NCBI RefSeq assembly: GCF_001194135.2
Contig: NC_068982.1
Span: forward strand, 134,980,612 to 135,014,460
Direction of reading: 5' to 3'
Source: Octopus bimaculoides
Lineage: Eukaryota
DNA length: 33,849 bases
The position numbers were made by a program, and so were the translations under genes. Position 1 is the first letter of the stretch. Each line of letters begins with the position of its first letter. Below, one piece after another: positions 32,005 to 33,849 of the stretch. Under the pieces are notes generated by a model that was not told where the DNA came from, made no database searches, and saw only the letters and a list, made by a program, of their open reading frames with translations.

Positions 32005-32250
32005 ATATGGAAAAAAAGTCAAGGTAGAAAATGCTAAAATAATTTTATAAAAAACATTTCAGTACCGGTTTCGGTTATTGAGACTTTTTCAACTGTAAGC
32101 ATGGAAAACAATTAAATTTGGGAAAAATCAAATGAAAAGTTTTTTTTTTTAATATTTACATAATATTCAAATACAAGGGGCATTTTCCTTGTTCCTGTCC
32201 GTCACTGCCTCTCTTGTTTATTCTTGTGGGTTCGAGGTTGTTGTATATGT
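32005..32250 (-). mobile_element. Probable Penelope-like-derived repeat remnant with a hammerhead-like motif at 32060-32095
   Basis: The minus strand reads CAG-UUGAAAA-AGUC-UCAAU-AACC-GAAA-CCGG-UA-CUG; helix III is the palindrome ACCGGU. Confidence 0.45.
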
Positions 32251-32269
32251 GTATGTGGTGAGTGTGTGG

Positions 32270-32343
<74 letters not shown>

Positions 32344-33455
32344 ATCTATTTATAGTGTAGTTTTTGTGAGAATCTCATTCTGATACCTTAGGTTTCTTGT
32401 TAATAGATCTTTTGCTGAAGTTTAGACACAACACCAAGTATATTATATTATTAGTCTAGATGCTTGTCTTGAAAAGAGAATTAGTATAAGATAGTATATT
32501 TAGATTTTGGTGTCGAAACGCAATTTCGACTAGAAATATAATCAAAGCAATGCCTTACCTGAATTGCAAATGTCACTTAGGTAACAAGTCTAAGGCTGAA
32601 ATGGAACATAACCACACTCAACAACACCTACACGTTGTTAAATTGTAACTGATGACTGCATAACCAATAATTTGCACAGAAAGACAAATAACTGCATCTG
32701 CAATAAAGAGTTGCAAAATTAATTACCGCAAAACGTCATTATGATAAAACTGAACTCAGTTTCTGGCAATCATAAATAATGTATAATGAATATTGTATCA
32801 TGTAATGAGTAATGTACAATGTAATCACAGTGCTGCTCCCAGTTGTTATATGCTGTGCAATAAAGCATTGTCTACGTTTTTTCTTTGATATATTTTTAGT
32901 TGAAGAGCCATTTTCTATTTGTATTCAGCCTTTGTATTATTTTGGCTTTGTGGGGTGCCACATCATAAAACATGCGTTACTTTAATCTTTTAGCATTCAG
33001 GTTACTTTGTTCAATATAATGCTTATTTTATTATTTTATCTTGAATTAATCACACATTATCTCATAGCTTCGAAATTTTGATAATGTGATGGTATGTTTT
33101 TAGAATGAAAGACCGCATCTGGTCGGCTTGAACATAACATAGGTAGAATATATGGGCTGGATACAGCCAGTTTAAATGCTAAAGCCTTAACGTATTAGAG
33201 CTGTATTTAGCCTTTGGTTGACTTAGAATATTAAATAGACTTGGCAATCATATATTGTTCCAGTTCGTTGAGCGTACGACTGTAAGCAACATTTAGTTTT
33301 GCGACGGTCATGAATATTGTAGCTATGATAACATACAGCCGGTTTTGTCATGAATTAGCGTTTTACACTTATAGAAAGATAGAAGAATTGCTCGCCTGCT
33401 TTGCTGTTTAATTACTTTCTGGATCTTTTGATTCTTATCTAAGCTTATTTTATTT

Positions 33456-33745
33456 CTCAGAACGTAACGGCAGACGATATACCGCTAAGCATTTTGCCCG
33501 GCGTGCTACCGTTCCTTATTTCTTTACTGCCCACAAGGGGCTAAACATAGAGGGGACAAACAAGGACAGACAAAGGGATTAAGTCGATTACATCGACTCC
33601 AGTGCATAACTGGTGCTTAATTTATCGACCCCGAAACGATGAAAGGCAAAGTCGACCTCGGCGGAATTTTAACTCAGAACGTAACGGCAGACGAAATACC
33701 AATTTCTTTATTACCCACAAGGGGCTAAACACAGATGGGACAATA
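33456..33745 (-). mobile_element. SINE family A multimer fragment (tail / clipped unit / clipped head)
   Basis: Three consecutive same-orientation pieces: 33701-33745, 33516-33700 and 33456-33515. Confidence 0.85.
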
Positions 33746-33849
33746 CACACATGCGGGGACAGTTAACACATGATAGAATGGAACAATGAAATTAAACAAT
33801 GATAATGGGACGGCCACCCCAGCCCCACCCCGGGGCGGCCGCGTTGTTT

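Noticed and set aside
32512-32530. GTCGAAA/TTTCGAC inverted repeat
   Set aside because: 7-bp arms are expected by chance.
32649-32690. CTGATGA followed by a downstream GAAA
   Set aside because: No closing stem II pair next to GAAA, and no NUH with a matching stem I.

Overview
This is AT-rich, microsatellite-dense eukaryotic genomic DNA from a gapped draft assembly (8 N-runs). The SINE families and simple-repeat load suggest an octopus; this is an inference, not a database result. The only host protein-coding sequence I can support is the last two coding exons of a synaptotagmin-family gene on the + strand (6197-6317 and 14836-15140). Together they encode a complete C2B domain, joined across an 8,518-nt phase-1 intron that splits the Asp of the S-D-P motif. 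No C2A or TM exons are recognisable, so they probably lie upstream of the window. The rest is intron or intergenic sequence packed with several tRNA-derived SINE families (>30 copies or fragments, some nested or multimeric), 3' ends of R4/Dong-like RLE LINEs, a hAT-like MITE and microsatellites. The most notable unannotated signal is a set of minimal type-I hammerhead-ribozyme-like motifs of the kind carried by Penelope-like elements (about 1208, 5302, 22433, 24133, 32060). The best one has an intact core and sits inside a ~345-bp fold-back whose other arm has lost the catalytic core. Other points of interest are a degenerate Ca2+ site in the C2B domain, recurrent head-to-tail SINE multimer junctions, (TAA)n-targeted LINE insertions, and inverted repeats in the synaptotagmin intron. 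All alignments and folds were done by eye, and repeat boundaries are approximate (about +/-10 bp).
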